Shown in pieces: positions 10,401 through 19,616 of a stretch of DNA of 20,000 nucleotides. The position numbers and the translations under genes are program-made. The notes beneath the pieces were generated by a model. The model was not told the origin of the DNA and did not search any database. It saw only the letters and a list, made by a program, of their open reading frames with translations. Positions within the stretch are counted from its first letter, which is position 1; every line of letters starts with the position of its first letter. Source of the stretch: an uncultured virus (IMG/VR IMGVR_UViG_2775506815_000003) (taxonomy: Duplodnaviria; Heunggongvirae; Uroviricota; Caudoviricetes); IMG/VR virus record IMGVR_UViG_2775506815_000003, positions 55,251-75,250 of that record; one strand, given 5' to 3'.

Positions 10401-10962
10401 AGCTCTATACCAACGAGATAGTAGCAATAAATATGACTTTGGAGTTGTTGCCTATAAACTTAAGGATTATAAAATAGCAGCAGAATTGTTTTATGATGCG
10501 TATAAAAATAACATAAAAATAGCAGGAGTTTCTTTGGCATACATGTCAAGAAGAGATGAGATTAAGGATAAGAAAAGTATTCCAGGTGTTAAAGAACTAT
10601 TACAACCAGAATTAGATGATAATGCTCCTAATGCAAAAATTAATTTGGCTTTGAGTTTAGTTAAAAAGTTTAGTAATAATCAAAATTGGAAAGAAGCTGA
10701 TAAAGTTTTTAGTACCCTAGATTCTTGTGTTTCAGAAATTGAATGGTGGTATGATTATTCTCTACAAGGAGATTATGAAGGAGACTTAGTTCTAGGATGG
10801 ATGGGTAGACATGACTTGATTGATAATTATGATAACATATCTTTTAGTGAACGATTGGATAGAGCGAAGAAAAACGGGTGGGACATTCCAAAATGGATGT
10901 TTCAAAAAAGTCATGGCGAGTGTTTTAAAGCTATGTCTCAGACGGCAGTAAGCAAGGAGTAG
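7474..10962 (+). pseudogene. Large Sel1-like repeat protein split by two frameshifts; N-terminus lost at the IS3 end
   Basis: About 36-aa Sel1 repeats (A...LG..L..G.G...D...G..LL..A...G) run through ORFs 7519-8523, 8580-10241 and 10183-10962. Frame changes occur near 8521 and 10220, and the frame is open back to 7474. Confidence 0.85.
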
Positions 10963-10996
10963 TAATAAAATAGTAAAACCAAATATCTTGAAATTC

Positions 10997-11030
10997 AATC
11001 GGTGTGATTAACTTGGCACCGATTTTTTAT
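10997..11030 (+). terminator. Intrinsic terminator
   Basis: AATCGGTG (10997-11004) and CACCGATT (11017-11024) stem followed by a T run. Confidence 0.8.
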
Positions 11031-11457
11031 TATCTAAAGAACAATATTTGTGGATAAAAAGTTTATATGAATTGACAGTATTAATCCAAAAATATAATAT
11101 AGTCAAAATATAAAATTTTATTGCCTAAAGTCAAAAAAATGGCTTATCTTCGATACTTAGGACGATATGATATTATATTTATAATTTAAGAGAATGTTGA
11201 ACTTGATTTTAAAGATAAAATATTTATTATTAAGTTTTCGTAACAATATATAAAATGGTAGATGTGTATTCCAAGCTATTATTAACAATGATATTTATAT
11301 ATATTTAAGCAATATACTATATATATTGTATTTTCTCCCAAAAATAGTACAATGGAAAACCGTCATTTTAATTCGTTTATGATAAAATTGTATTATAAAT
11401 ATAATTTCAAAATATTAAATGCAAATGATTACTAAGGAAATAAAAAGGCAATATTTA

Positions 11458-11505
11458 TTGCATATAGAACAAATGTTTGCTATAATGTATTTAAACATAC
11501 GTTCG
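11458..11505 (+). promoter_or_regulatory. SigA promoter overlapped by two LexA (Cheo) boxes
   Basis: TTGCAT (11458)-17 bp-TATAAT (11481) with extended -10 TG. GAACaaatGTTT (11467-11478) and AAACatacGTTC (11493-11504) each match 7/8 of GAAC-N4-GTTC. Confidence 0.8.
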
Positions 11506-11537
11506 CCACTGATTACATTATAAAGGGGGTCCTGCTA

Positions 11538-11672
11538 GTGGTGGAGGATACAAAGTACATAGAAATATTAGAACAATTTCTTGATAGATATAAAGAAGAA
11601 AACATTATAGATGTTTATGAAAAAACAGTGTTTAGAATAATGGATTATTTAGAAAAAGCAATTAACTTTTAA
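11538..11672 (+). CDS. 44-aa small protein downstream of the SOS-box promoter (not in the ORF track)
   Basis: RBS AAGGGGG at 11523 and GTG start. Sequence MVEDTKYIEILEQFLDRYKEENIIDVYEKTVFRIMDYLEKAINF. Confidence 0.7.
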   Translation: MVEDTKYIEILEQFLDRYKEENIIDVYEKTVFRIMDYLEKAINF

Positions 11673-11674
11673 TG

Positions 11675-12049
11675 TTAGTTGCTTTTGTTTATTTCATCTA
11701 TTTTTAAAGCTTTTACTATTATTTTAGCTATTTCTTCTTTTGATTTATTTCTCAAATTGAATCCTGCTTTTTCTGCCTCTTTTACAACATAGTCAATGAA
11801 ACTTTCTGACTTAGGAAATTCTTTATCAGATTTGTAATGGATAATATTATCAGTTTTTCCTAGAAGGTAGTCAAGTGAAACATCGTAGTATTCAGCTAGA
11901 AGTCTAACAGTGTCTAAATCAGGTTCGCTTATGCCTCTTTCATACCCAGATAAGGTTTTGTTATTGATACCAGTATCTTTATAGACTTGAGTTTGTGAAA
12001 CTCCTTTGTTTTCTCGTGAAATTTTTAACCTGTCGCTAATTTTCCTCAT
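11675..12049 (-). CDS. XRE-family phage repressor (ImmR/CI-like, no peptidase domain)
   Basis: HTH SQTQVYKDTGINNKTLSGYERGISEPD...VSLDYLLGKTD. RBS AGGAGG. Divergent from a Cro-like gene. Confidence 0.9.
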   Translation of the reverse strand: MRKISDRLKISRENKGVSQTQVYKDTGINNKTLSGYERGISEPDLDTVRLLAEYYDVSLDYLLGKTDNIIHYKSDKEFPKSESFIDYVVKEAEKAGFNLRNKSKEEIAKIIVKALKIDEINKSN

Positions 12050-12086
12050 TTAATTAACCTCCTAACTATATAAAATTATATACCAT

Positions 12087-12153
12087 TTCTTTAAATATAA
12101 GATAAATTTCTTAAAAACAATGAAAATACCATTGGGTTCTTAGAAAATAAGAG
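12087..12153. promoter_or_regulatory. Three 17-bp operators of switch 1 (TTCTTA-N5-TAAGAA type)
   Basis: TTCTTTAAATATAAGAT (12087), TTCTTAAAAACAATGAA (12108) and TTCTTAGAAAATAAGAG (12137). Confidence 0.7.
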
Positions 12154-12169
12154 AATGGAGGTGTAAACA

Positions 12170-12400
12170 ATGAAACAATTGCATGAAATGATAGCGGAAT
12201 ATAGAAAACCTAAAGGCATTACACAAACTTGTATTTCAGAAGTAACGGGAATAGATAATAAAAGAATTAGTAATATAGAAACAGGGAGAGTAGAACTAAA
12301 AGCCGAAGAATTCATATTAATTTGTCAAAAAGGTTTGGGAGTTAGTCCTTCTTTTTTTACAAGTAGATTCTTAGAAACTAAGAAAGATTATTCGGCATAA
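12170..12400 (+). CDS. Cro-like XRE regulator
   Basis: 76-aa HTH (ITQTCISEVTGIDNKRISNIETG), with RBS GGAGGTG. Confidence 0.85.
   Translation: MKQLHEMIAEYRKPKGITQTCISEVTGIDNKRISNIETGRVELKAEEFILICQKGLGVSPSFFTSRFLETKKDYSA
12368..12384. promoter_or_regulatory. Perfectly symmetric operator copy in the 3' end of the cro-like gene
   Basis: TTCTTAG-AAA-CTAAGAA. Confidence 0.7.
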
Positions 12401-12498
12401 TAATTATCATATATGTACAGTTTCAAAAGAAGTAAATTTTGAAGTTAGAGGAAAAGTACTTTGAAAAAAGAATACAGTGGCTGAATGCTTAATCCAGC

Positions 12499-12813
12499 CT
12501 ATTTAATATACTTTCTCTGTTTTGTAAGTTTTCTTTTAAGATGGAACATTTCTTTTTCAGTTTGGAATTCTTTGTGGGTTAGGAAGTCAAGATCATCTGA
12601 TATTTTATTTAATTTGGTATTTGTAGATACATGATTCGCAGCATTTGATCCTTCTAATTCCTGAAATTGATTTTCAAGCTTATCAAAACGAAGGAGAATC
12701 TCTTGATGATTAGAATCAACTTTAGTTTCAAGGTTATCCATTTGACTTTGCATATCGTTCATTTGAACTTGCATTTGAGTTAATAAATTAAGTATTTTTT
12801 CTTCGTTATTCAT
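12499..12813 (-). CDS. Hypothetical coiled-coil protein
   Basis: 104-aa ORF with heptad-like pattern and RBS AAGGAGTG. Confidence 0.75.
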   Translation of the reverse strand: MNNEEKILNLLTQMQVQMNDMQSQMDNLETKVDSNHQEILLRFDKLENQFQELEGSNAANHVSTNTKLNKISDDLDFLTHKEFQTEKEMFHLKRKLTKQRKYIK

Positions 12814-12842
12814 AATAACACACTCCTTATATATATTATAGA

Positions 12843-13148
12843 CTATTTTAGAGTTTTTAAGAACTCTGTAAGGATAGCAAGCTGTTTAGGAGTTAAGTTT
12901 TTAGCATTATCAAGAAGCTCTTTAAGTTCAGGCGTGATAATGGTATCGCTGGAATTGTCATCAAAAAAATTGGATAATGTCATTCCATATACATTTAATA
13001 TATTAGCTAAGGTTTCAATAGTAGGGGTGTTAGAGCCACTTTCTATGTAACTTAAAGACGATTGAGAGATGTTTGCTTTATGGGTAACCTCTTTCATTGT
13101 AAGGTTTTTGCTTTTTCTAATTAGCTTTAATTTTTCATAGTAGTTCAT
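12843..13148 (-). CDS. Second XRE-family repressor
   Basis: HTH LTMKEVTHKANISQSSLSYIESGSNTPTIETL, with RBS GAGGTG. Confidence 0.9.
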   Translation of the reverse strand: MNYYEKLKLIRKSKNLTMKEVTHKANISQSSLSYIESGSNTPTIETLANILNVYGMTLSNFFDDNSSDTIITPELKELLDNAKNLTPKQLAILTEFLKTLK

Positions 13149-13172
13149 TAGGTTTCACCTCAATATAATTGG

Positions 13173-13260
13173 TTCAGTATTCTGATTATATCATATTCTT
13201 TTACTAGAAAGTATCAAAATAATGATTAATAACATCAAGTAATATCATCATAATGATATT
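13173..13260. promoter_or_regulatory. Operators of switch 2 (ATCA-N6-TGAT)
   Basis: TTCAgtattcTGAT (13173), ATCAaaataaTGAT (13213) and AATATCAtcataaTGATATT (13241-13260). Confidence 0.6.
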
Positions 13261-13294
13261 AAGTTTATAAATTTATCAGAAAGGTGTGAGTAAC

Positions 13295-13498
13295 TTGAAG
13301 CTAGGAAAAAAAATTAAATATTGTAGAAAACAATTAAATATGTCTCAAAGAGAATTAGCTGATAAGGCTAAGGTCTGACAATCTTCTTTTCATTACATTG
13401 AAAATGATATTAATAGTCCAACCATATCAAACTTAGATAAAATAGCCAAAGCATCAGGTGTAACAGTAGCAGAGTTGTTAGATGATAAGGCAGTGTAA
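13295..13498 (+). pseudogene. Second Cro-like XRE gene with a nonsense codon (not in the ORF track)
   Basis: TTG start; MKLGKKIKYCRKQLNMSQRELADKAKV*QSSFHYIENDINSPTISNLDKIAKASGVTVAELLD. TGA at 13376-13378 sits where Ser (TCA) is expected. Confidence 0.85.
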
Positions 13499-13724
13499 GT
13501 GGTGGACAGGCCAAAGAACAAGCAAATGTAAAATCAATTATTCAACAAATAGGAAAGAAGATGAATAGTCAATACCTTAAATCTTTTATTCCTGGAAATC
13601 CCTTTAGAGATTAAAACCTATAAGAGATTAATAGGCAAGAAAGGAGATAAAAATTTAGTAGTTATGAAAATATGCGAATAGTACAAACCAGGAATTTAAT
13701 AAAAATATAAAAAGGGGTGAGTCC

Positions 13725-13955
13725 ATGAAGAAATGGAGACATGCAGCAACATATGAATATGCAGCAACATATAAAGGAGGTAAATTTGGGAATACCACAG
13801 TTAATGTTGTAGCACCACCACCTAAATCAGAAGAAGAGATAAAGAGGATACTTGAAGAATATCACCAGGCGGGATGGGACATTTGGGATTCACTTTCAAT
13901 TGAAGAACAAATTCAGATTAACAAAGAAGCTACTGCCGAATCAGGCAAAGGATAA
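13725..13955 (+). CDS. Hypothetical phage protein
   Basis: RBS AGGGGTG and a 76-aa ORF. Contains an in-frame 18-bp-period duplication of ATGCAGCAACATAT (13741, 13759). Confidence 0.7.
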   Translation: MKKWRHAATYEYAATYKGGKFGNTTVNVVAPPPKSEEEIKRILEEYHQAGWDIWDSLSIEEQIQINKEATAESGKG

Positions 13956-14023
13956 AGGACGAGGTTGTCCTTAGGTAATGAAGGAGGACATGCACTTTAA
14001 AAAGAAAGGAGGAAAAGGAAGAG

Positions 14024-14140
14024 ATGAAACAGATTAGATTGGTAGCCTTTACTTGTAAAGCTAGAGATTTATCTTCTAAATTGCAGGAAGAATTGAAGAA
14101 GTTAGAAAGGAAATTAAAACAATCTAAAAAGTTAGCTTAG
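14024..14140 (+). CDS. 38-aa basic hypothetical protein
   Basis: Purine-rich RBS upstream. Sequence MKQIRLVAFTCKARDLSSKLQEELKKLERKLKQSKKLA. Confidence 0.5.
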   Translation: MKQIRLVAFTCKARDLSSKLQEELKKLERKLKQSKKLA

Positions 14141-14183
14141 TTCTTCACTAATTAAATAATATCATGAAAAGAGGCGAATTAGA

Positions 14184-14717
14184 ATGAACTCAAACTATCT
14201 AATTGACTATCAAACACCATGTGAGAGTAAAGGATTAACTAGAAATGATGTAGTTTTACTACTATCAACAAAAGGAATAGAAATTAGCATAGAAAGTCTA
14301 GGTTGCTATGAAAGGGGAATAAGAGAACCTTCACCAGACATGGTAATAGAATTAGCTGATATATACAAAGAACTCTTTCTAACTCAGAAGTATTGTAAAT
14401 TCAACTGTGCTATAGGACAAGCTTATAGCTACGAAATATTAGATAGTATAGACCTAAAAGCTTTAAAGTTACTAGAAGAACATAGAGAGTCATATGAGGT
14501 ATTAGCAGAAACAATAATATTAATTGTAAATAAAGAAACTAAAGAAGATTTTACGGCAGATGAATTAGAAAAGCTTAAGAAAAATGTACATGAGTTGCTT
14601 GATACAGAACATACTATAGAAATTTTTAAGATAGCATTAAATAAGTTTATAGACATGAAAGAAATGATAGCAGAACATAATCAGAAATGCAGGCAAAGAG
14701 GATATGCAAGGGGGTGA
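14184..14717 (+). CDS. Phage XRE/HTH-domain protein
   Basis: ISIESLGCYERGIREPSPDMVIELADIY, followed by a YCKFNCAIG motif. Confidence 0.8.
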   Translation: MNSNYLIDYQTPCESKGLTRNDVVLLLSTKGIEISIESLGCYERGIREPSPDMVIELADIYKELFLTQKYCKFNCAIGQAYSYEILDSIDLKALKLLEEHRESYEVLAETIILIVNKETKEDFTADELEKLKKNVHELLDTEHTIEIFKIALNKFIDMKEMIAEHNQKCRQRGYARG

Positions 14718-14722
14718 AATAA

Positions 14723-15016
14723 GTGCAAGCTGATACGGTTTTTGATCTTCGATATAACATAGCAGATTTGTATATAGCAATTTTAAAGGAAGGTATAGCA
14801 ACACCAGAACAAACTTTTGTAGTTGTCTCCAATACATCAGTTATAAAAGCTACTACATGTGAAGATGTGAAAGACATGATAGGAATGAGAAATCAAGGAT
14901 TAACTTATAAAGAAATAGCTGAAATATATGGTTCAACAGATTCAAATATATATCACAGAATTAAATATAAAGAAAAAAAGACCTTTCAGCCACCAACTGA
15001 AAAGGTCAACAGTTAA
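14723..15016 (+). CDS. Small HTH DNA-binding phage protein
   Basis: MRNQGLTYKEIAEIYGSTDSNIYHRI, with RBS AGGGGGTG. Confidence 0.75.
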   Translation: MQADTVFDLRYNIADLYIAILKEGIATPEQTFVVVSNTSVIKATTCEDVKDMIGMRNQGLTYKEIAEIYGSTDSNIYHRIKYKEKKTFQPPTEKVNS

Positions 15017-15059
15017 AAAAACCATTAACTTATTATACCATATCGGAAGGAGAATTGAA

Positions 15060-15407
15060 ATGGGTAGACATAGTAGTTTTAGACTTAGATGGAGTAGATA
15101 CTATCAGTTTTTAATAGAAAGGCAAATATTCTATTTAAAACTTAAAGCATATAGGAACAAGAGCCAAGGAATGAAAGAGTGGGAAATGATTACAGAACAA
15201 ACATATAGAGACGCAATGAAGAAAAAATATCAGGATAATGTAGTAGCGGTGGAGGAAGAGATAGCACTTATGGATTCATGGCCATTAGCATTAATATTTA
15301 GTGAAGTATATGGCTTAGATGAAGATGACACAATAAGGGCAGTTGCAGAAGGTCAAGAGTCAGTTAGAGAGTTAAGAAAACATGTAAAGATTCCAGTAAA
15401 GCGTTAA
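15060..15407 (+). CDS. Hypothetical phage protein
   Basis: The ATG at 15060 follows AAGGAG, which is a better start than 14928. Confidence 0.6.
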   Translation: MGRHSSFRLRWSRYYQFLIERQIFYLKLKAYRNKSQGMKEWEMITEQTYRDAMKKKYQDNVVAVEEEIALMDSWPLALIFSEVYGLDEDDTIRAVAEGQESVRELRKHVKIPVKR

Positions 15408-15487
15408 CCAAAGCAGAGGCAAACGAAATAATAAATATGCTACAGGCTATGGAGAAATAGGAGAATGATGAAAATGATACATTTTAG

Positions 15488-16282
15488 ACTGGGGCTTTTC
15501 AGATGGATAGAGGAATTTTTCAAAATAGTATTTGGAATAACGTAGCAGAATAGAGAGTATTTTTCTACATTGTTGGGAACGCAGTTTGGAAAGAAGAAGG
15601 AACATATGTAGGAAATATTCACATTAAAAGAGGACAGTATTTAAGGTCTTATAGAAATCTAAGAGAAGATCTAATGTATATGGAAAATAATGCAGTTAAA
15701 TATTACTCAGTTTCATATATAAAAAAGGTTACAGATAAATTAGTTAGTGATGGAAGACTAGAAAAAGAGGAAACAAAGCTGGGAACACTATTTACAATCG
15801 TTAACTACAGTCATTATCAAGGGTTCAATAGATTTGAACAGGTAGACCAAGAACAGAATGAGAACGGACTGAGAACAGCGAAAGAACAGGGTACTGAGAA
15901 CGAAGAAAGAACAGGCGAAAGTCAGGGGGCTATGAACAATAAGAAGAATAAGAATAAAGAAATATATATAGATATAGTCGAGTATCTGAACCAACAAACA
16001 AATAAAAATTTCAAACACACGACTAAGTCAACTGAATCTAAGATAAACGCTAGATTAGAAGAGGAGTTCACTTTAGATGACTTTAAAAAGGTTATTGATA
16101 TAAAAACGAGTGAATGGCTCAACGACGCTAATATGCAAAAGTATCTTAGACCAGAGACTTTGTTTGGGACAAAGTTTGAAAGCTACTTAAATGAAAATAC
16201 GGAGCTGATACACAGGCAGAACCAAATAATCGGAGAAGGAGTGATAGAAGGCTATGATTTCAAAAGACGATCTAAAAATTGA
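15488..16282 (+). pseudogene. Phage replication initiator with conserved phage C-terminal domain; N-terminus cut by in-frame stops (true start uncertain)
   Basis: C-terminal IVEYLN...FTLDDFKKVID...KYLRPETLFGTKFESYLN. The same frame upstream reads GAFQMDRGIFQNSIWNNVAE*RVFFYIVGNA...KRGQYLRSYRNL, with TAG at 15551 and 15485. Confidence 0.8.
15835..15915 (+). repeat. Putative replication-origin iterons inside the initiator gene
   Basis: AGAAC at 15850, 15861, 15872, 15883, 15897 and 15908 (mostly 11-bp spacing), followed by an A-rich tract. Confidence 0.7.
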
Positions 16283-17569
16283 GTGTCAAATAATTGGTTC
16301 GTTTTTAATAGAAAGAGCTACACATGATTTTATATCACATTTAAAGGAAGATGACTTTATAGATGGCACAATCAGAGAATATTCAAGGCAATAATAAAAA
16401 TGAATACCGAACATAAAGAAATAAATATATTCACAGTGCATGAAATATCAAAAGTTCCAATATCACATTTAGCTGATATAACAAATTTGATAGCTAGTAC
16501 ATCTACCATAGAATCTAATATAAAAATATTAAAAGATAAATCTAACAGAAGAAAATTAATTCAAAAAGCTAACAAAATAGCTGAGATGGCAAAGGATAAA
16601 AATATAGACATTGAAACTATAAAAAACAATGCTGCAAAGGAAATTGATGAAATAGAAAACATCACAGATGATGGAGTAGTCACTTTGAAGGAAGCTATGT
16701 TAGAGACTGTAGGAGTCCTAGATAAAAGATATGCAAATAAAAATGACAGGAGCTACTATACGGGATTATCAAAATTAGATAATTCAACAGCTGGGTTACA
16801 TCCGGAAGAATTAACAACCATAGGAGCAAGACCAGGAGTAGGTAAAACGATAATAGGAATGCAAATAGCTCTTAACATAGCAGCAAAAAATAAAAAAGTA
16901 ATGTACACATCATTAGAGATGAGCGTTACCCAGCTATGTGAAAGAATAATATCAGCTAGAGCAAGTGTAAATGGACTAAGGCTAAGACTAGGCGACATTA
17001 AAAATGACGAAGAATGGAAAAGAATCTATAGGGTAGCAAGCCATTTCGCCATGGATAATTTCTTTATAGATAAAACTAGTAGAAATCCACAGCACATAAG
17101 AGCAAAGTTAAGGAAACATAAGCCGGATTTAATTATTATTGATTACCTACAATTACTGCAATCAACCAATAAAGAACAATCTAGAGAAAGAGAAGTAGCT
17201 ACTATAACGAGAGACCTAAAACTTATGAGTTTAGAATTCAAGATACCAATTATAATATTATCTCAGCTTAATAGAAATGCAGAAGGAAATAGACCAACTA
17301 TGGCAGATTTAAGAGAGTCAGGAGCAATTGAACAGGATTCCGATAATATATTCTTTTTACATGAACCTACAGGGAAGGAAGTGGACAAGCTAATAGAGCA
17401 GGGAATATATACACAACAGTTCATAAATCAATTAGAAAAAGAAGATAAAGCATTAAGTCAGTTGATTATAGAAAAGCAGAGAAATGGTCCTGTAGGGACA
17501 TTAGAAATAGTAAAGGTGCCAAGGCTAATGAAATTTGTTGAGATAGAAAGGAGTAACAGAAATGACTAA
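16254..17569 (+). pseudogene. DnaB-like replicative helicase, frameshifted near 16370
   Basis: GARPGVGKT, SLEM, IIDYLQL, LSQLNR, DLRESGAIEQDSD and KQRNGP motifs. The N-terminal domain starts at the RBS-preceded ATG 16254 in a different frame from ORF 16400. Confidence 0.85.
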
Positions 17570-17732
17570 GAATCCAATGGAGATTTTATATAGACACTTT
17601 GGGGAAAATCAGAGGAAGGTTAAGACATGCTAAGCGTATCTAACATATTTTATGAAATGGGACATAAGGAAGAAAAAAGTAAAGATTGTAAAGATGAAGA
17701 AATTAAAAAACTGTTTAAGGAAGTTAATTAAA

Positions 17733-17879
17733 ATGAAGCTTTGTCATAAATGTAATAGCCGAATGGTAGAAGTTAAGTTAATAGATTTAGAAGGCAAGAC
17801 ATATAAGGCCTTAGTATGTACTTATTGTGGACATACCTATAGCAGAGATAAAGCTTTCAATATGGGTAACTTTTTATGA
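17733..17879 (+). CDS. Small zinc-ribbon protein
   Basis: CHKC...CTYC in MKLCHKCNSRMVEVKLIDLEGKTYKALVCTYCGHTY. Confidence 0.55.
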   Translation: MKLCHKCNSRMVEVKLIDLEGKTYKALVCTYCGHTYSRDKAFNMGNFL

Positions 17880-18114
17880 TATAAAAGATTATGGTTTATC
17901 AATCGCAGAAATTAATGAAATAGCAGTTACAAAGCAGTTTAGAAAATCTGGAATTGGTACATATGCTATAGAATATTCAGAGAAAACTGCTAAAATAAGA
18001 GGTGCAAATATTTTTCGTTCAGGTACAGGCTATGGAAATATCCCATCGAAAGAAATTCATGAACACTGTGGATTTAAGCCATATAGGATTGAATATGAAA
18101 AGATATTAGATTGA
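17860..18114 (+). pseudogene. GNAT acetyltransferase C-terminal half
   Basis: Acetyl-CoA motif IAVTKQFRKSGIGT and N.PS......CGF. No N-terminal half and no RBS. Confidence 0.65.
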
Positions 18115-18177
18115 TTAAATTATCTCATAATATCTATATTAAACATCATGTTTGTTAAAACTAAGAATTCTATTGAG

Positions 18178-18216
18178 ATACCGTATTATTCAGAAGTGAG
18201 TTTTACGGTATTTTTA
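18178..18216 (+). terminator. Probable intrinsic terminator
   Basis: ATACCGTA (18178-18185) and TACGGTAT (18204-18211) followed by a T run. The loop is long. Confidence 0.55.
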
Positions 18217-18245
18217 TATTGTAATGAAATTTAGGAGGAATAGCT

Positions 18246-18437
18246 ATGGAGATACAAAAGCAGTATAATCAATCAAAGAAACAAAATTTAAAAAGTGAGA
18301 TGATAGGTCACATAGACGATATATTAGATGTAGCAGAGGGTATAAAAAGCCTTGATTTCTTCACTATAGAAATTAAGGTTCACAATGGGGAATTAAATGC
18401 TAATTGCACTTTAAAGAATAAGAAGAAGGTGTACTAG
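18246..18437 (+). CDS. Hypothetical phage protein
   Basis: RBS AGGAGG and a 63-aa ORF that overlaps the next start by one base. Confidence 0.75.
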   Translation: MEIQKQYNQSKKQNLKSEMIGHIDDILDVAEGIKSLDFFTIEIKVHNGELNANCTLKNKKKVY

Positions 18438-19120
18438 TGGAAGATAACATAATTTTAAGGATAAAAAAGCTATTAGCATTAAGTGAAAATTCAAACGAAT
18501 ATGAAGCAAAGGTATCTATGTTAAAAGCTCAAGAATTGTTAGTAAAGCATAAGCTTTCTTTAAAAGAGATAGAAGATCATAAGGATATAAATGTGATAGA
18601 AGGTACGACAAATGTAACGTTTAGGCAAGGAAAATGGAAAGCAAGGTTAGCAAATTTAATTGCTGAAAACTTTGGATGTTATCACTTCTATAGGACAAAC
18701 AAAACTCATACAATTATTTTTATGGGCAAGGATGAAGATGTAACAGTTTGTAAAATTGTACTAGAATACGCAGTAGATAGTGTAAATTCTGTAGTAAAAA
18801 GATTTAGATACCAATATGGTAAAGAGGGATACTCAACTAAAGGCTTAGAAAATGATTATGCTTCGGGTTTTATAGAGGGATTAGAATACGCTTTTGAAAA
18901 ACAAAAAGAAGAAAATCAGGAATGGGGATTGGTATTAGTAAAAGATAAAGAAGTAGTAGAAGCTTACGAGAAAAAAGAATTTGCACGTTCCATTAATATA
19001 AATACTAAATTTCAAGGATTTAATCAAGCTTACTTTAAAGGGATAGAAGATGGAGAAAATTTTAGTATATCAGATAGAATAGCAAAAGAAAAAGAGGAAA
19101 CGTTGCAAATAGAAAACTAA
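18437..19120 (+). CDS. DUF2786-domain protein
   Basis: N-terminal RIKKLLALSENSNEYEAKVSMLKAQELLVKH signature. Confidence 0.8.
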   Translation: MEDNIILRIKKLLALSENSNEYEAKVSMLKAQELLVKHKLSLKEIEDHKDINVIEGTTNVTFRQGKWKARLANLIAENFGCYHFYRTNKTHTIIFMGKDEDVTVCKIVLEYAVDSVNSVVKRFRYQYGKEGYSTKGLENDYASGFIEGLEYAFEKQKEENQEWGLVLVKDKEVVEAYEKKEFARSININTKFQGFNQAYFKGIEDGENFSISDRIAKEKEETLQIEN

Positions 19121-19147
19121 ATAAGTCTTACTGTACCTAGACAGCGG

Positions 19148-19187
19148 ACACCAAGATTACTTAATTGTAGTTGAAGTGTCTTTTTTA
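19148..19187 (+). terminator. Possible intrinsic terminator
   Basis: GACAC...GTGTC imperfect hairpin followed by TTTTTT. Confidence 0.45.
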
Positions 19188-19285
19188 TTACTTGTTAAAC
19201 GTTGAATAAAGTATTTTGCAGTTTTATTACAATTTTATCAAGTGAAGAAGTTACATAATATAAAGTTTACCATTAGGAGGATAAT

Positions 19286-19567
19286 ATGCAGATACTTATA
19301 ACAGAAATAGAAAGATTAAGGAAAGATTTAAATAATACAGTAGAAAAGCTTCAAAAGGCGGGATATGAGAAAGCAAATACAGAGTATACTTACAGGATAG
19401 CATTAGTAAAAGAACTCTTAAAATTAAGAGATGGAGTGCTACCAGCTACACTTACCAATGATGTAGCTAGAGAAAATGAAGAAATAGCAAAATTTAAATT
19501 TAATAGAGATGTAGCAGAAACTATGTATCAATCTACACTAGAAAAATTAAGAGCAGTAAAAATATAG
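19286..19567 (+). CDS. Hypothetical helical phage protein, possibly prematurely stopped
   Basis: RBS AGGAGG. After TAG 19565 the frame continues LGIVERQIEE, suggesting GAG>TAG. Confidence 0.7.
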   Translation: MQILITEIERLRKDLNNTVEKLQKAGYEKANTEYTYRIALVKELLKLRDGVLPATLTNDVARENEEIAKFKFNRDVAETMYQSTLEKLRAVKI

Positions 19568-19616
19568 TTAGGAATAGTTGAAAGGCAGATAGAAGAGACT
19601 AGGAGGGGCGAGCATT

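Noticed and set aside
11030..11450. Long AT-rich intergenic stretch as ncRNA or hidden gene
   Set aside because: No convincing ORF with RBS, stable hairpin or repeat was found by eye.
13376..13378. Selenocysteine or recoded TGA in the second cro gene
   Set aside because: The position corresponds to Ser in the partner repressor, no SECIS-like hairpin is evident, and other genes use TGA as a stop.
15835..15915. CRISPR array or LexA boxes
   Set aside because: Units are 5-8 bp direct repeats without spacers, and GAAC has no inverted GTTC partner.
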